Source: Nitrospirota bacterium (lineage in GTDB: Bacteria; Nitrospirota; UBA9217). From it: a DNA stretch of 64,000 bases. The position numbers were made by a program, and so were the translations under genes. The stretch lies in the NCBI GenBank assembly GCA_963751455.1, contig CAVVUN010000001.1, forward strand, positions 576,001 to 640,000, read 5' to 3'. The first letter of the stretch is position 1, and each line of letters begins with the position of its first letter. Shown piece by piece: positions 19,748-29,153 of this stretch. A model generated the notes under the pieces. That model saw nothing but the letters and a program-made list of their open reading frames with translations. It made no database searches and was not told where the DNA came from.

Positions 19748-20019
19748 ATGACGTCCTCCTTCGGTTACCTTAAAAGCAATCGATACAAACCGGATATCAA
19801 GTCATTCCCCGGGGCTTTCTCGGGAATATCGTTTAAACCGGGTCCTTCTTGACGCCCTTCCCGGCTGTTGCCAAAACGCCGGGTCAGCCGGGATGACTGA
19901 AGGCCTGCGACTTGTGGCTGGAATCAGAACAAACTGCCACGTTATAACATAAATGTGCGTTTTTTGAAACAGACTTCTCAGCAGTGAAATCAATGAGGTT
20001 GAACGTGGAAAAAATATCG

Positions 20020-20071
20020 TTGACAAATACCGCTCGAATAACTATATTTTTAATGACCGACCGGTCAGTCA
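20020..20071 (+). promoter_or_regulatory. Sigma70 promoter plus TetR-type operator
   Basis: TTGACA-17-TATATT (20020-20048), then the palindrome TGACCGACCGGTCAGTCA (20054-20071) just before the tetR RBS. Confidence 0.75.
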
Positions 20072-20088
20072 AATTTTAAGGAGCGGAC

Positions 20089-20685
20089 ATGTCGCCCAAG
20101 GTCGTGGATAAGGAAGAAAAGAAAAAAACGATCCTGAACGCAGCCAGGGCGGTATTTGCCCGGAAAGGGATCGCATCTGCCAAGATGGAGGATGTCTCCG
20201 TTGAAGCCGGAATCGGCAAAGGCACGATTTACGAATATTTCCGGAGCAAGGACGATATCTTTTTTGCCCTCTTCGAACAGATGAAGATCGAACTGCACCG
20301 GCGGATTTTTGAAGTGGACAGGACCCTGCCGCCCCGGGAAAAGCTGCACCTCCTTATCAGGTCAGCGCTTCTCGCCTTCGAGCAGTGGCGCGACTTCGGG
20401 TATATCCTGCTGGATTTCTGGGCCATGCATAAAGGCGGGTCGTCCACCAGAATACGGTTCGACGAAATTTACGATGATGCCCGCTCCATCCTTTCTGCCC
20501 TGATCAGGGAGGGCATCAAAACCGGGGACTTTAAAAAAGTAAATCCTGCGAATGCCGCATCGGCGATTATTGCGATATTTGACGGGCTGCTCCTTCAATG
20601 GATATTCAATCCCAAAAGCTTTTCCCTGAAAACAATCGCCGATACGGTTTCGGATATGATTTCGGTCGGCATAGAAATAGACTAA
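20089..20685 (+). CDS. TetR/AcrR family regulator
   Basis: ILNAARAVF...GIGKGTIYEYFRSK helix-turn-helix. Confidence 0.92.
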   Translation: MSPKVVDKEEKKKTILNAARAVFARKGIASAKMEDVSVEAGIGKGTIYEYFRSKDDIFFALFEQMKIELHRRIFEVDRTLPPREKLHLLIRSALLAFEQWRDFGYILLDFWAMHKGGSSTRIRFDEIYDDARSILSALIREGIKTGDFKKVNPANAASAIIAIFDGLLLQWIFNPKSFSLKTIADTVSDMISVGIEID

Positions 20686-20695
20686 GAGGTCGCTG

Positions 20696-21379
20696 ATGAT
20701 TACGATTAAGAACGCCGGCAAAACCTATCACCAGGGCGCCAAGGAGATCCAGGCGCTCAGGAATGTTTCGCTTACGATCGGGAAAGGAGAGTTCCTGAGC
20801 ATCATGGGACCCTCTGGTTCGGGAAAAAGCACGCTTCTGAATCTCATCGGCGGGCTCGATCAGCCCACAACGGGCGAAATCTTCATCGACGGCAAACCGC
20901 TGCACGGCATTTCCGACGACGAGCTCACGCTGACGCGCCGAAGAAAGGTCGGATTCATCTTTCAATTCTTCAACCTTTTGCCGATCCTGACCGCGGCCGA
21001 GAATGTGGCGCTGCCGCTTTTGCTCGAAGGCATCCCCTTTTCGAAAGTGAAGCCGAAGGCGGAAGCGCTTCTGCATAAAGCCGGGCTCGGCGGCCGTATC
21101 GAGCACCGTCCGGAGCAGCTTTCAGGCGGTGAGATGCAGCGCGTCGCGATCGCCCGGGCATTGATCGCCAATCCGGCAGTGCTCCTTGCGGACGAGCCTA
21201 CCGGGAACCTGGATTCCCATACCAGCGAGGAAATATTCCGGCTCCTCGAGGGGCTCCATGCGGACGGACAGACGATCGTGATGGTGACCCACGATGACAA
21301 GGCGGCATTGCACGGTACGCGAACCATAATGCTCAAGGACGGCTGTATCGCGGAGGACAAGGCGACGAGATGCCGTTAG
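20696..21379 (+). CDS. LolD/MacB-type ABC ATPase
   Basis: GPSGSGKS, LSGGEMQRVA, ADEPTGNLD. Confidence 0.92.
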   Translation: MITIKNAGKTYHQGAKEIQALRNVSLTIGKGEFLSIMGPSGSGKSTLLNLIGGLDQPTTGEIFIDGKPLHGISDDELTLTRRRKVGFIFQFFNLLPILTAAENVALPLLLEGIPFSKVKPKAEALLHKAGLGGRIEHRPEQLSGGEMQRVAIARALIANPAVLLADEPTGNLDSHTSEEIFRLLEGLHADGQTIVMVTHDDKAALHGTRTIMLKDGCIAEDKATRCR

Positions 21380-21389
21380 AACTGAAATG

Positions 21390-21493
21390 CATTGCATATT
21401 GCATGTTGCAAACTTCAAATTGTAAATTTGTTTATATCCTGGCGGCTTAAAATATTTTTTCAGTTTGCAATTTACATTTTGCAATATGCAATG
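21390..21493. repeat. Intergenic palindromic element built from TTGCA-type heptad repeats
   Basis: Arms CATTGCATATTGCA / TGCAATATGCAATG. Confidence 0.65.
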
Positions 21494-21504
21494 ATCTTTT
21501 TCCT

Positions 21505-24096
21505 ATGAACCTTCTTAATCTCGTAAAACACATCAGCCTGCGCCGTATCCGCCTTCAGAAGGTGCACACCCTCATGACGATTTCCGGCATTTGTCTTGGT
21601 GTGGCCGCCATCATCTCTATCGGGATCGTCAATAAAAGCGTGCTGCGCTCTTTCGAGGACTCTATTAACCGCGTAACCGGCCGGGCGGCGCTCCAGGTCA
21701 CCGCAGCCGCTTCCGGCTTCCCCGAGAGCGTGATTGACCGGGTTCAGAATGTACCGGGTGTCGAGTATGCGGTCCCGGTCATCGATACCCAGGGAATCCT
21801 GGTCGGAGCAAAAGAGCCGAGCCTGATGATCCTCGGCGTTGACGTTCTGCAGGACGGTAATATCCGGGATTATAAGCTTTCGGAAGAGAACGCCGATATC
21901 CCGGACCCCCTCCTCTTCCTCGCGCGTCCCGACTCGATTATCCTGACCAAGGAACTTGCCGAGCGCGAAGGCATCAAAATCGACCAGACAATAGAGGTGC
22001 AGACGGTCCGGGGCATCAGGACTTTCCGCGTGCGGGGCTTGCTCAATCCGGAAGGCCCGGCAAGGACGATGGGCGGGAACATTGCGATCATGGATTATCC
22101 TGCCGCCCAGATGGCGTTCGGGAAGGAAGGGCGGATCGACCGGATCGATGTCAGCCTGCTTGGCGGCGAAGACCTCGAGACCGTGCGCGACCGGATCAAA
22201 AAGGCCGTGCCCGAAGGATACAACGTCGTGACTCCCGAAGGCAGGACCAGGCAGGTCGAGCTTCTCGTATCCAATTTTCAGAAGAACATCAACCTTATCA
22301 GCTTCATCGCGGTCTTCGTAGGGATGTACCTGATATACAACGCCGTCTCAATCTCGGTTGTCCAGAGAAGAAAAGAGATAGGCATTCTCCGGGCACTCGG
22401 CACGACCCGCAAAGAGATCATCTCGCTTTTTCTCGGCGAAACGTTTGTTCTGGCGATCATCGGATCCGCGATCGGGGTGGGCGTCGGCATATTTTTCGCC
22501 CGTTCCGCCATGGGCGCGGTCACCGATGCCGTTTCGGAACTGTATGTCCGTACTTCGGTTACGGAGATAGCAATCTCCTGGCCCAATCTGGTCATAGGCT
22601 TTGTGACCGGCATCATCGCCAGCCTCGGGGCGGCCCTATTCCCTGCTGTCACAAGCACCCGCATCAGCCCGATCTCGGCCATCCGGTCCGTCCCTTACTC
22701 GGACGACGGGTTCCTGTCGCACGCGAAGCTCAGGTTGACCTCTCTCCTGTTTGTTTCCTGCGCCCTTGTCCTTCTTTTCCTTTATACAACCTTTCCGTCC
22801 TCGCGCCTTCTGCATACCACGACAACCATGTTCACGGCGACAATACTGCTGCTGCTCGGCATTTCGCTGGCCATGCCGACCGTGCTCCAGGTTTTCCTCG
22901 TATTTTTCCGGTATGCGCTCTCGTCGCGCGTCGGAGCGGCGGGAAGACTCGCCGGTCTCAATCTCCAGAAGAACATCGGAAGGAACTCGGTCGCGGCCGC
23001 GGCAATATTCTACGGGATATCGGTATTTGTCAGTTCGGCAGGAATCATCTACAGCACGAAAACATCAGTGATCGAATGGATAGACTCCTATGTGCGCGGA
23101 GACATCATCGTAACCTCAGGCCATCCCGTCGCGTCGACGGGGGCCCAGAACATCCCCATGCCGGTCGAAATGTGGAAAGCTATTGAAAAAGTGCCGGGTG
23201 TCCTCTCAGCCGATCCGTTCAGAAAAATCTGGGTGGACTATCGCGCCAGAAGGATCCTGCTCCTGGCCCTTGACGTCCCGAGGAGGATGGAATACAGCCC
23301 ATTCCTGACAGCCAGGGGAACCCGGGCAGACATGAAGCGGCTGCTGCCGAGCGGGGACTACATAGCAATGAATGAGGCCCTTTCCCGCCAGGAGCACCTC
23401 AAGCCCGGCGATACAATCATGCTCCCGACGCCGCAGGGCCCGGTTGCTTTTGCCATAGCCGTGATCAATGTTGATTACAGCTCCGATTCCGGCTCGATCC
23501 TCATGGATATCCATACCTACCAGCGTTACTGGAAAGAGTACCTCGCGGATTCCTTTTCGGTAAAGGTAAAGCCGGGAGAAAGCGTACAGACCGTCCGGGA
23601 TGAGCTCGTGAGCAGGTTTGGAAAGGACCGTAAACTGTTCGCGCTCCCTTCAAAGGAATTCCGGGACGAGATCCGGAAGATCATCGACCAGGGATTTGCC
23701 GTAAACCATGCGGTCAACGCGATCACGCTGCTCATTGCCGGTCTCGGCATCATCGTCACGCTTCTCGCGTCCGTGCTCGAGCGGACCCGCGAGATCGGGA
23801 TTCTCAGATCGATCGGAATGCTCCGTGGTCAGGTTTCTGGCGTCGTCGTGGTCGAATCAATTCTTCTCGGCATCATCGGGGGCTCGCTCGGCGCGTGCGC
23901 CGGAATGATCATCGGATGGATGAGCCTTGAAGGCTTTCTGCGGGGCGACTACGGCGCGAGCCTGCGCTATCATGTCGACTTTGTTTCTATCGGCTGGGCA
24001 CTGGTCTTATCGATGCTGCTCGCCGTCCTTGCCGGGCTCTATCCTGCCCGGCGGGCGGCAAAGACCAATATCGTGGAGGCGCTGTCGTATGAATGA
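21505..24096 (+). CDS. FtsX/MacB-type ABC permease (duplicated architecture), paralog 1
   Basis: Two MacB-PCD/FtsX repeats; RRKEIGILRALG and ERTREIGILRSIG; ends RAAKTNIVEALSYE. Confidence 0.9.
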   Translation: MNLLNLVKHISLRRIRLQKVHTLMTISGICLGVAAIISIGIVNKSVLRSFEDSINRVTGRAALQVTAAASGFPESVIDRVQNVPGVEYAVPVIDTQGILVGAKEPSLMILGVDVLQDGNIRDYKLSEENADIPDPLLFLARPDSIILTKELAEREGIKIDQTIEVQTVRGIRTFRVRGLLNPEGPARTMGGNIAIMDYPAAQMAFGKEGRIDRIDVSLLGGEDLETVRDRIKKAVPEGYNVVTPEGRTRQVELLVSNFQKNINLISFIAVFVGMYLIYNAVSISVVQRRKEIGILRALGTTRKEIISLFLGETFVLAIIGSAIGVGVGIFFARSAMGAVTDAVSELYVRTSVTEIAISWPNLVIGFVTGIIASLGAALFPAVTSTRISPISAIRSVPYSDDGFLSHAKLRLTSLLFVSCALVLLFLYTTFPSSRLLHTTTTMFTATILLLLGISLAMPTVLQVFLVFFRYALSSRVGAAGRLAGLNLQKNIGRNSVAAAAIFYGISVFVSSAGIIYSTKTSVIEWIDSYVRGDIIVTSGHPVASTGAQNIPMPVEMWKAIEKVPGVLSADPFRKIWVDYRARRILLLALDVPRRMEYSPFLTARGTRADMKRLLPSGDYIAMNEALSRQEHLKPGDTIMLPTPQGPVAFAIAVINVDYSSDSGSILMDIHTYQRYWKEYLADSFSVKVKPGESVQTVRDELVSRFGKDRKLFALPSKEFRDEIRKIIDQGFAVNHAVNAITLLIAGLGIIVTLLASVLERTREIGILRSIGMLRGQVSGVVVVESILLGIIGGSLGACAGMIIGWMSLEGFLRGDYGASLRYHVDFVSIGWALVLSMLLAVLAGLYPARRAAKTNIVEALSYE

Positions 24097-24143
24097 TTTC
24101 CCATTGCGGATTGCGGATCTCGAATTGCGGAATAAAGCGCAGA

Positions 24144-25213
24144 CTAGAGCAGGTACTCCACGTATTCGTTCTCGCACGGCGGTCCGAAGGAAATAAGCAT
24201 TCTCCCCTCTCCTGGAATCATAATAAGGGAACACAAGGACATACTCGCGAACATGGCCGGCTTCGCGGGATCGACATGCGTGCAGATGGATTTGGGATGG
24301 CCTGCATGGTCCGATAAAGATTCCATCATGACTTCCGGCGTGATGGAGCCGTGGGCGCCGTCGATGAGAGCCCGGAGACGGTCTGCGCGATGGAATGAAT
24401 CCTGGATATAGGTATATGCTCCGTCGGTTTTCTTGTACTTCTCGGTCTCATAATGATTAGCATGGACGAGCACGCCGTCCCGCGGCTCGACGATGGCATA
24501 ATCGTCGTACACGCTCTCGATGCCGGACAGAAACCCTGTGCGGTCTCCGATATGGATGTAACCGACGCCCCGCGATGCTTTCAGAGAACGTCCATTGCCT
24601 CCTTCGCGCTCCTTCGGCGCATTGCAGTGTACAGGTAGAATGCGAACGGCACATGCTTCCTCACAGGTGCGGATGGGCAAAGCGTCATGTTCGCGCAGCT
24701 TCCCATCCCGTTTGAAGTCAGATAATAGGCCCCGTATCCGTTGAGAAAGAGACCGAACATTCGGCTTCCGTCATTGCACTCGATTCGGAGCAGATCGAGC
24801 GTGGCATCGGGATGCCAGTCCACGTTCTGGCCGAGGATGGTCACCCCGCCCTTTGTTGCCTCATCGGCCACGCCGAAAGACGTGCACATCCCGGCCAAAC
24901 CGGGATAGTTGACGAACAACTCGCTGTAGCATTGCAGGGCGAAGAGCTCTTTAAACGATATTTCCGCGCCGTCCGCCATCCCTTTCACTCGCTCCAGCGC
25001 CCCAGGGTCAAAGGCTCGAACGTTGTCTAAGAACTTTCGGGCGGCAGCAGTCACAGCGTCTTCCTCCGCCCGATACGGCATGTGCTTCATGGTCGAGAAC
25101 ATCAAGGCCACGGACTTCCGGAGATGCTCCTGCGCCTGCTCCCCGTACTGCCTCCCGATTTCGTACTCGCTCCCGCTGCATTCGATGATTTGAAGTACCT
25201 TTCGCATCTTCAT
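24144..25213 (-). pseudogene. C45-family Ntn acyltransferase/peptidase, frameshifted
   Basis: EIGRQYG, GMCTS, GQNVDW in the upstream ORF; HANHY, SICTH in the downstream ORF; removing one CT at 24583-24586 joins the frames. Confidence 0.8.
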
Positions 25214-25222
25214 GAATCACCC

Positions 25223-26092
25223 TCAGTGTTTGGCCAGAAAATCAAGCACCGTGCTGTTGAACTGTTCGGGCTTTTCTACATTCACCATATGGCCCGCACC
25301 CGGTATGATCACCTTTTTCGCCCCGGGAATGTTTTTTTCAAGAGTCTCCACTATCTTTGTGATCATCGGAACATCGCGATTCCCTCTGATCAAAAGTGTT
25401 GGAACGCGGATTTCAGCCAGGCGCTGAACGGCCAACGGAAAAGGCGGACGGGGGAAAAAGATGTTGATCAGCCATACCCGGGAATTTTCAATGGCAATGG
25501 GCCGCAGTTTTGCCGCGACCTCGGGGTTCTCCATGGCAGCCGCATTATACGCGCTCCGGAGCCATGCTTCCCCTGCGGGGGTCCCATCGTCGTTCTGGAT
25601 CGACCAGATGATCTTCATCAGCTCGATCGTATCCTCTGGCGTAAAGGGAAAGCCGCTCAATCCCGGCGCAACCGGGACCAGCGTGGCGACCATATCGGGA
25701 TGGGCGAGACCGAAATCGATGGCGATTCTTCCACCCATGGACAAGCCAATGATATGCGCTTTGCTGACCTTGAGGTATGAGAGCAGCTGGTACAGGTCTT
25801 CGTCGTCGGAATAGGGCTTTGTCGGCGCAGGAGACTTACCGTAGCCCCGCACGTCGTAGCGGATCACCGTATACCGGTCCGAGAAAGCGGAGAACTGGTC
25901 GTCCCAGGTCCTGCGGTCAAAACCGCCCGAGTGGATAAAGACGATGGCCGGCCCGTTCCCTTTCATCTCGTAGTACAGTTTTGTGCCATTTACTTCCGCA
26001 AAACCTGATTTCATTTCCCCTCCATTCCCCGCGGCCGGAAGCGTAAAAACTCCGACCAATACCAGTGCGAGAATTGTGCGCAGATCGAACAT
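25223..26092 (-). CDS. Alpha/beta hydrolase with signal peptide
   Basis: YDVRGYGKS, GLSMGG nucleophile elbow, GAGH. Confidence 0.9.
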   Translation of the reverse strand: MFDLRTILALVLVGVFTLPAAGNGGEMKSGFAEVNGTKLYYEMKGNGPAIVFIHSGGFDRRTWDDQFSAFSDRYTVIRYDVRGYGKSPAPTKPYSDDEDLYQLLSYLKVSKAHIIGLSMGGRIAIDFGLAHPDMVATLVPVAPGLSGFPFTPEDTIELMKIIWSIQNDDGTPAGEAWLRSAYNAAAMENPEVAAKLRPIAIENSRVWLINIFFPRPPFPLAVQRLAEIRVPTLLIRGNRDVPMITKIVETLEKNIPGAKKVIIPGAGHMVNVEKPEQFNSTVLDFLAKH

Positions 26093-26180
26093 TGATTTTC
26101 TCCTTCCTGATTTTATTTATGGAGGATTCTATCAGAAAGGGCTTGCGGTGTATTGTAAAAATGCGACACGATGGATTGAC

Positions 26181-26921
26181 TCAGATCTCGCCGGGAGATG
26201 TTTGCATCAGCGATTTAAAATCCCGGATGAAGTGGGATTGGTCGGCATAGCCCCACTCGCAGGCAAGATCGGCGAGGTTCGCCCTGGCCGCGCCGGAGCG
26301 GAGCTGCGACAGGACGTTCTGGAACCGGATGAGTCGGATGAATTTTTTCGGCGACATGCCGGCATGTTCGCGGAACATCCGCTCCAGGGTCCTGGTCGTG
26401 ACGCCCAGGTTTTCCGCGAGCCCGTCCACCCTGATCATTCCACGTGACGACTCGACGAGTTCCGCTGCGCCGCGATATATCCCCTTCGGCGTAACTGACG
26501 CCAAACCGGCTTTATGGAAAAAATCTTCCATGAAACTCCGTTTCGCATCAAGATTACCGGCACGAGAAAGCCGCTCGCCCAGCTCGTCGATGTTTGTGCC
26601 GAGCACCCTCGGCAGGTCCGCCCAACCGTCCACCAGGTCGCCGGGTGCGACATCCGCCACGCGCGGCATGATCCCCGGACGGAACCACACGCAGAAGTAG
26701 TCACAGTTGTTGAACATAGGGATATGCTTCGGCTTGGTGAAGGGACCGACGTAAAGGACCTTACAGCGCGATCCGGCAAGGATGAACACGAGGTCGAAGC
26801 TGCCGTCCGGCGGCGCGTCGAGAAGCCACTGGCCGGCCCTTCCCTTACGCGGCATCAGCCAGAACTTTTCGATCAGCCCGCGGAATTCTTTTCCCGGGCG
26901 CTGTTCGATTCGATGGAGCAT
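26181..26921 (-). CDS. AraC-family regulator
   Basis: RTLERMF..GMSPK, GYADQSHFIRDFK. Confidence 0.9.
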   Translation of the reverse strand: MLHRIEQRPGKEFRGLIEKFWLMPRKGRAGQWLLDAPPDGSFDLVFILAGSRCKVLYVGPFTKPKHIPMFNNCDYFCVWFRPGIMPRVADVAPGDLVDGWADLPRVLGTNIDELGERLSRAGNLDAKRSFMEDFFHKAGLASVTPKGIYRGAAELVESSRGMIRVDGLAENLGVTTRTLERMFREHAGMSPKKFIRLIRFQNVLSQLRSGAARANLADLACEWGYADQSHFIRDFKSLMQTSPGEI

Positions 26922-26959
26922 GAAGACCTCCAGCCTTGAAAAGGTCCTGTTGCAGCTTA

Positions 26960-27151
26960 TTATTGTTTATTTTTTTCTTTATTCCATGCGCGGTCGTAGA
27001 CAGCTTTCTCTTCATTGTCCTTTGGCGGACTATATGCACTGAATTTAGCGTTTGTAACGTATCCAAGAGTGTTAAGATCGACAAAACACTTGTCCCACTT
27101 CGCGTCATCTTTCGCGAACACCTCAATTACTCTTTCACGTAATTTATCCAT
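26960..27151 (-). CDS. Small ORF of the distal cassette (no downstream attC found)
   Basis: GAGGAG RBS after the attC core; AT-rich. Confidence 0.5.
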   Translation of the reverse strand: MDKLRERVIEVFAKDDAKWDKCFVDLNTLGYVTNAKFSAYSPPKDNEEKAVYDRAWNKEKNKQ

Positions 27152-27179
27152 ATGAACTCCTCTTTATCCCGGGGCTTAT

Positions 27180-27239
27180 TCGCAACGCGACGCTGAGGGG
27201 CGCGGTTTTCAGCGACCCTCTCGAGCGTTTTCGTTAGAA
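27180..27239 (-). repeat. attC site
   Basis: TTCTAAC...GTTGCGA on the minus strand; imperfect palindrome with an extrahelical base (CGCTCGAG/CTCAGCG). Confidence 0.85.
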
Positions 27240-27249
27240 ATCTTCGATG

Positions 27250-27444
27250 TCATTTGTTCCTTGACATCTCTTCGATTGATATACAGTCAGTGCATACCCA
27301 TTTTGTTTCGAGCTTCATTTTCTTTCCGATTTGCTTGAGATGTTTGCGGCAAGTGGCTTTATTACATAGAGAGCATATACCGCCCCTCGACGTATCGAAC
27401 TCGCTGCGACAAATATGACATTTCCAAGGTACGAAGTCTTTCAA
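27250..27444 (-). CDS. Small Cys-rich zinc-finger-like cassette protein
   Basis: CHIC, CSLC, CRKH, CTDC in 64 aa. Confidence 0.6.
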   Translation of the reverse strand: MKDFVPWKCHICRSEFDTSRGGICSLCNKATCRKHLKQIGKKMKLETKWVCTDCISIEEMSRNK

Positions 27445-27474
27445 TGATGAGACCCGCCTCTTTAGAATCAGAAT

Positions 27475-28134
27475 TTACCAAAACATACCGTGCCCGCTAA
27501 AGTAGTATCGAGAGAATAATTGAACAACAGAAAAAATAATCGTGATCAGCGCCACAATCCTGAAATGTTTCGCATTGGTCCATGAAAAGGATTTGCTATA
27601 CATCAGTCGGACGCATTCAACTGCAATGATGGCAAAAATGAGATTGTAAAATATGGTTTGTCCAGCGTCTTGAATAAATTCGGCTTGGGTCGCAAATCTT
27701 ATTTTTCTTAGTGTTACTTGTAAATCTGTCGGGATGACTTGAGAGCGCAGAATATGAATTGTATCAATTACCAGGGCGACAAAGAAAGCTATTTTCCTTG
27801 GTAGGTTTGCTGATTCAGAGAAAAAAAGATTCTTGTCGGAAACGACGCCTTCTTTTCTTAACTCAAAGAATACTCGCCAGTAATAATAGGTATTGATGTA
27901 AAGTGCAATCAGGAATAAGCCGTAAATCACACGGAATACCGCAAATAGATTACCGAATGTATCGTATCCGTTATAGAAAAATGGTGAAATGGAGTTAATC
28001 GATAAACCGACAGCTACAAACGTAGAAATGGAGTGGAGTTTATAAGGCGTCGGGGCGCTTAAATTCTGGCGGTAATGCTTTCGAACAAATGTCAGAATTC
28101 TATCGTCAGCCTTTTTTAATGTCTGTTCTATCAT
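27475..28134 (-). CDS. Multi-TM cassette membrane protein
   Basis: About 5 hydrophobic segments; starts 11 bp after attC with a GAGG RBS. Confidence 0.7.
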   Translation of the reverse strand: MIEQTLKKADDRILTFVRKHYRQNLSAPTPYKLHSISTFVAVGLSINSISPFFYNGYDTFGNLFAVFRVIYGLFLIALYINTYYYWRVFFELRKEGVVSDKNLFFSESANLPRKIAFFVALVIDTIHILRSQVIPTDLQVTLRKIRFATQAEFIQDAGQTIFYNLIFAIIAVECVRLMYSKSFSWTNAKHFRIVALITIIFSVVQLFSRYYFSGHGMFW

Positions 28135-28145
28135 AGAACCTCATG

Positions 28146-28204
28146 GACTAACGCCGACGTGAGGAACGCGGTTGTCAGCGTTTCTCTCGACGGCGAGGTT
28201 AAAA
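28146..28204 (-). repeat. attC site
   Basis: TTTTAAC...GTTAGTC; nearly identical to the attC at 30162. Confidence 0.9.
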
Positions 28205-28249
28205 AACTGATTTTATCTCAGCTTTACTGAATTCGACCAGAAAGTGCAT

Positions 28250-29047
28250 CTATTTTATCTCTGACATTAACATAGCCCGGAACGTAGGTTCCCAAGTATC
28301 CTTAGGCAACTCAATTAATTTGCTTCTCACATCTGCTATATTAGCGGCGGTAAGTTCGTTGAATTTTAAGCGCGAGAGGTCAGATGTAACATCAACCATT
28401 GGCATGGTTTTAAGATCAGCCCGCCAGCTTTTTTGAACGCGGGTGAGAAATCTGGTTGCGAGTGGTTTCCCAGTTGGACCATCTATAACTACAACGGTAG
28501 CAACGAGATGAAGGATTGAGAAGCCCGTAGAATCACCCATTCCTCGTGAATAAAAACCTGCTCCTCTCATAACTTGACCAAGAGCTCCCGTAAAGAAATC
28601 ACCTATTTCACCCTTGATAACAAGAACGATAGCATCAAGTGAATTGACTCTGGCGAAATCGCGTAGTTTCTCTTCCACTGCGCTCCATTTAGGAGTTCGG
28701 AATGCGGGAGCATCCCACGGGCCGTTCAGGTCATATACCGGGTAAAATTGGCTTCGATCATGAGAGACGTGAACTACTTGAAAAAGTCCTAGTTTTTCTA
28801 AAGCGCCTTGTATTTGTAAATCGTATTCGTCATCGACTTTCCATGTTGAGATATCCTGTTTCTCGAATTCGTTTCCAAAGACTGTAAGACCTGTATGGCG
28901 ACGTTGAAAATCATGGGCAGTCAGTGAGATTGCGCCCACTCTCTTCATTTTAGCTATTGCATCAGCATCGACCCTTAAGGTAGCGCAACCAGTAAGAATA
29001 GCAAGCAATGACACTGCCGCAACTAACAATCGTAAATGAAATAACAT
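28250..29047 (-). CDS. Cassette lipoprotein of unknown function
   Basis: Lipobox LTGC; GGAGG RBS. Confidence 0.75.
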   Translation of the reverse strand: MLFHLRLLVAAVSLLAILTGCATLRVDADAIAKMKRVGAISLTAHDFQRRHTGLTVFGNEFEKQDISTWKVDDEYDLQIQGALEKLGLFQVVHVSHDRSQFYPVYDLNGPWDAPAFRTPKWSAVEEKLRDFARVNSLDAIVLVIKGEIGDFFTGALGQVMRGAGFYSRGMGDSTGFSILHLVATVVVIDGPTGKPLATRFLTRVQKSWRADLKTMPMVDVTSDLSRLKFNELTAANIADVRSKLIELPKDTWEPTFRAMLMSEIK

Positions 29048-29067
29048 AAATCCTCCAATGCCTCGGA

Positions 29068-29126
29068 CTTTAACGCGGCGCTGACGCGCCGCCTTTGGCG
29101 CGTCGCAGTCGAGCGCCAGGTTGGAA
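29068..29126 (-). repeat. attC site
   Basis: TTCCAAC-ctGGCGCTCGAC...GTCAGCGCCgc-GTTAAAG. Confidence 0.9.
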
Positions 29127-29153
29127 TACTCTGCATTCGTACTGCAAGTGAAT

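Noticed and set aside
24581-24583. Selenocysteine or readthrough at the C45 TGA
   Set aside because: The downstream half is in another frame; a 2-bp slip explains it
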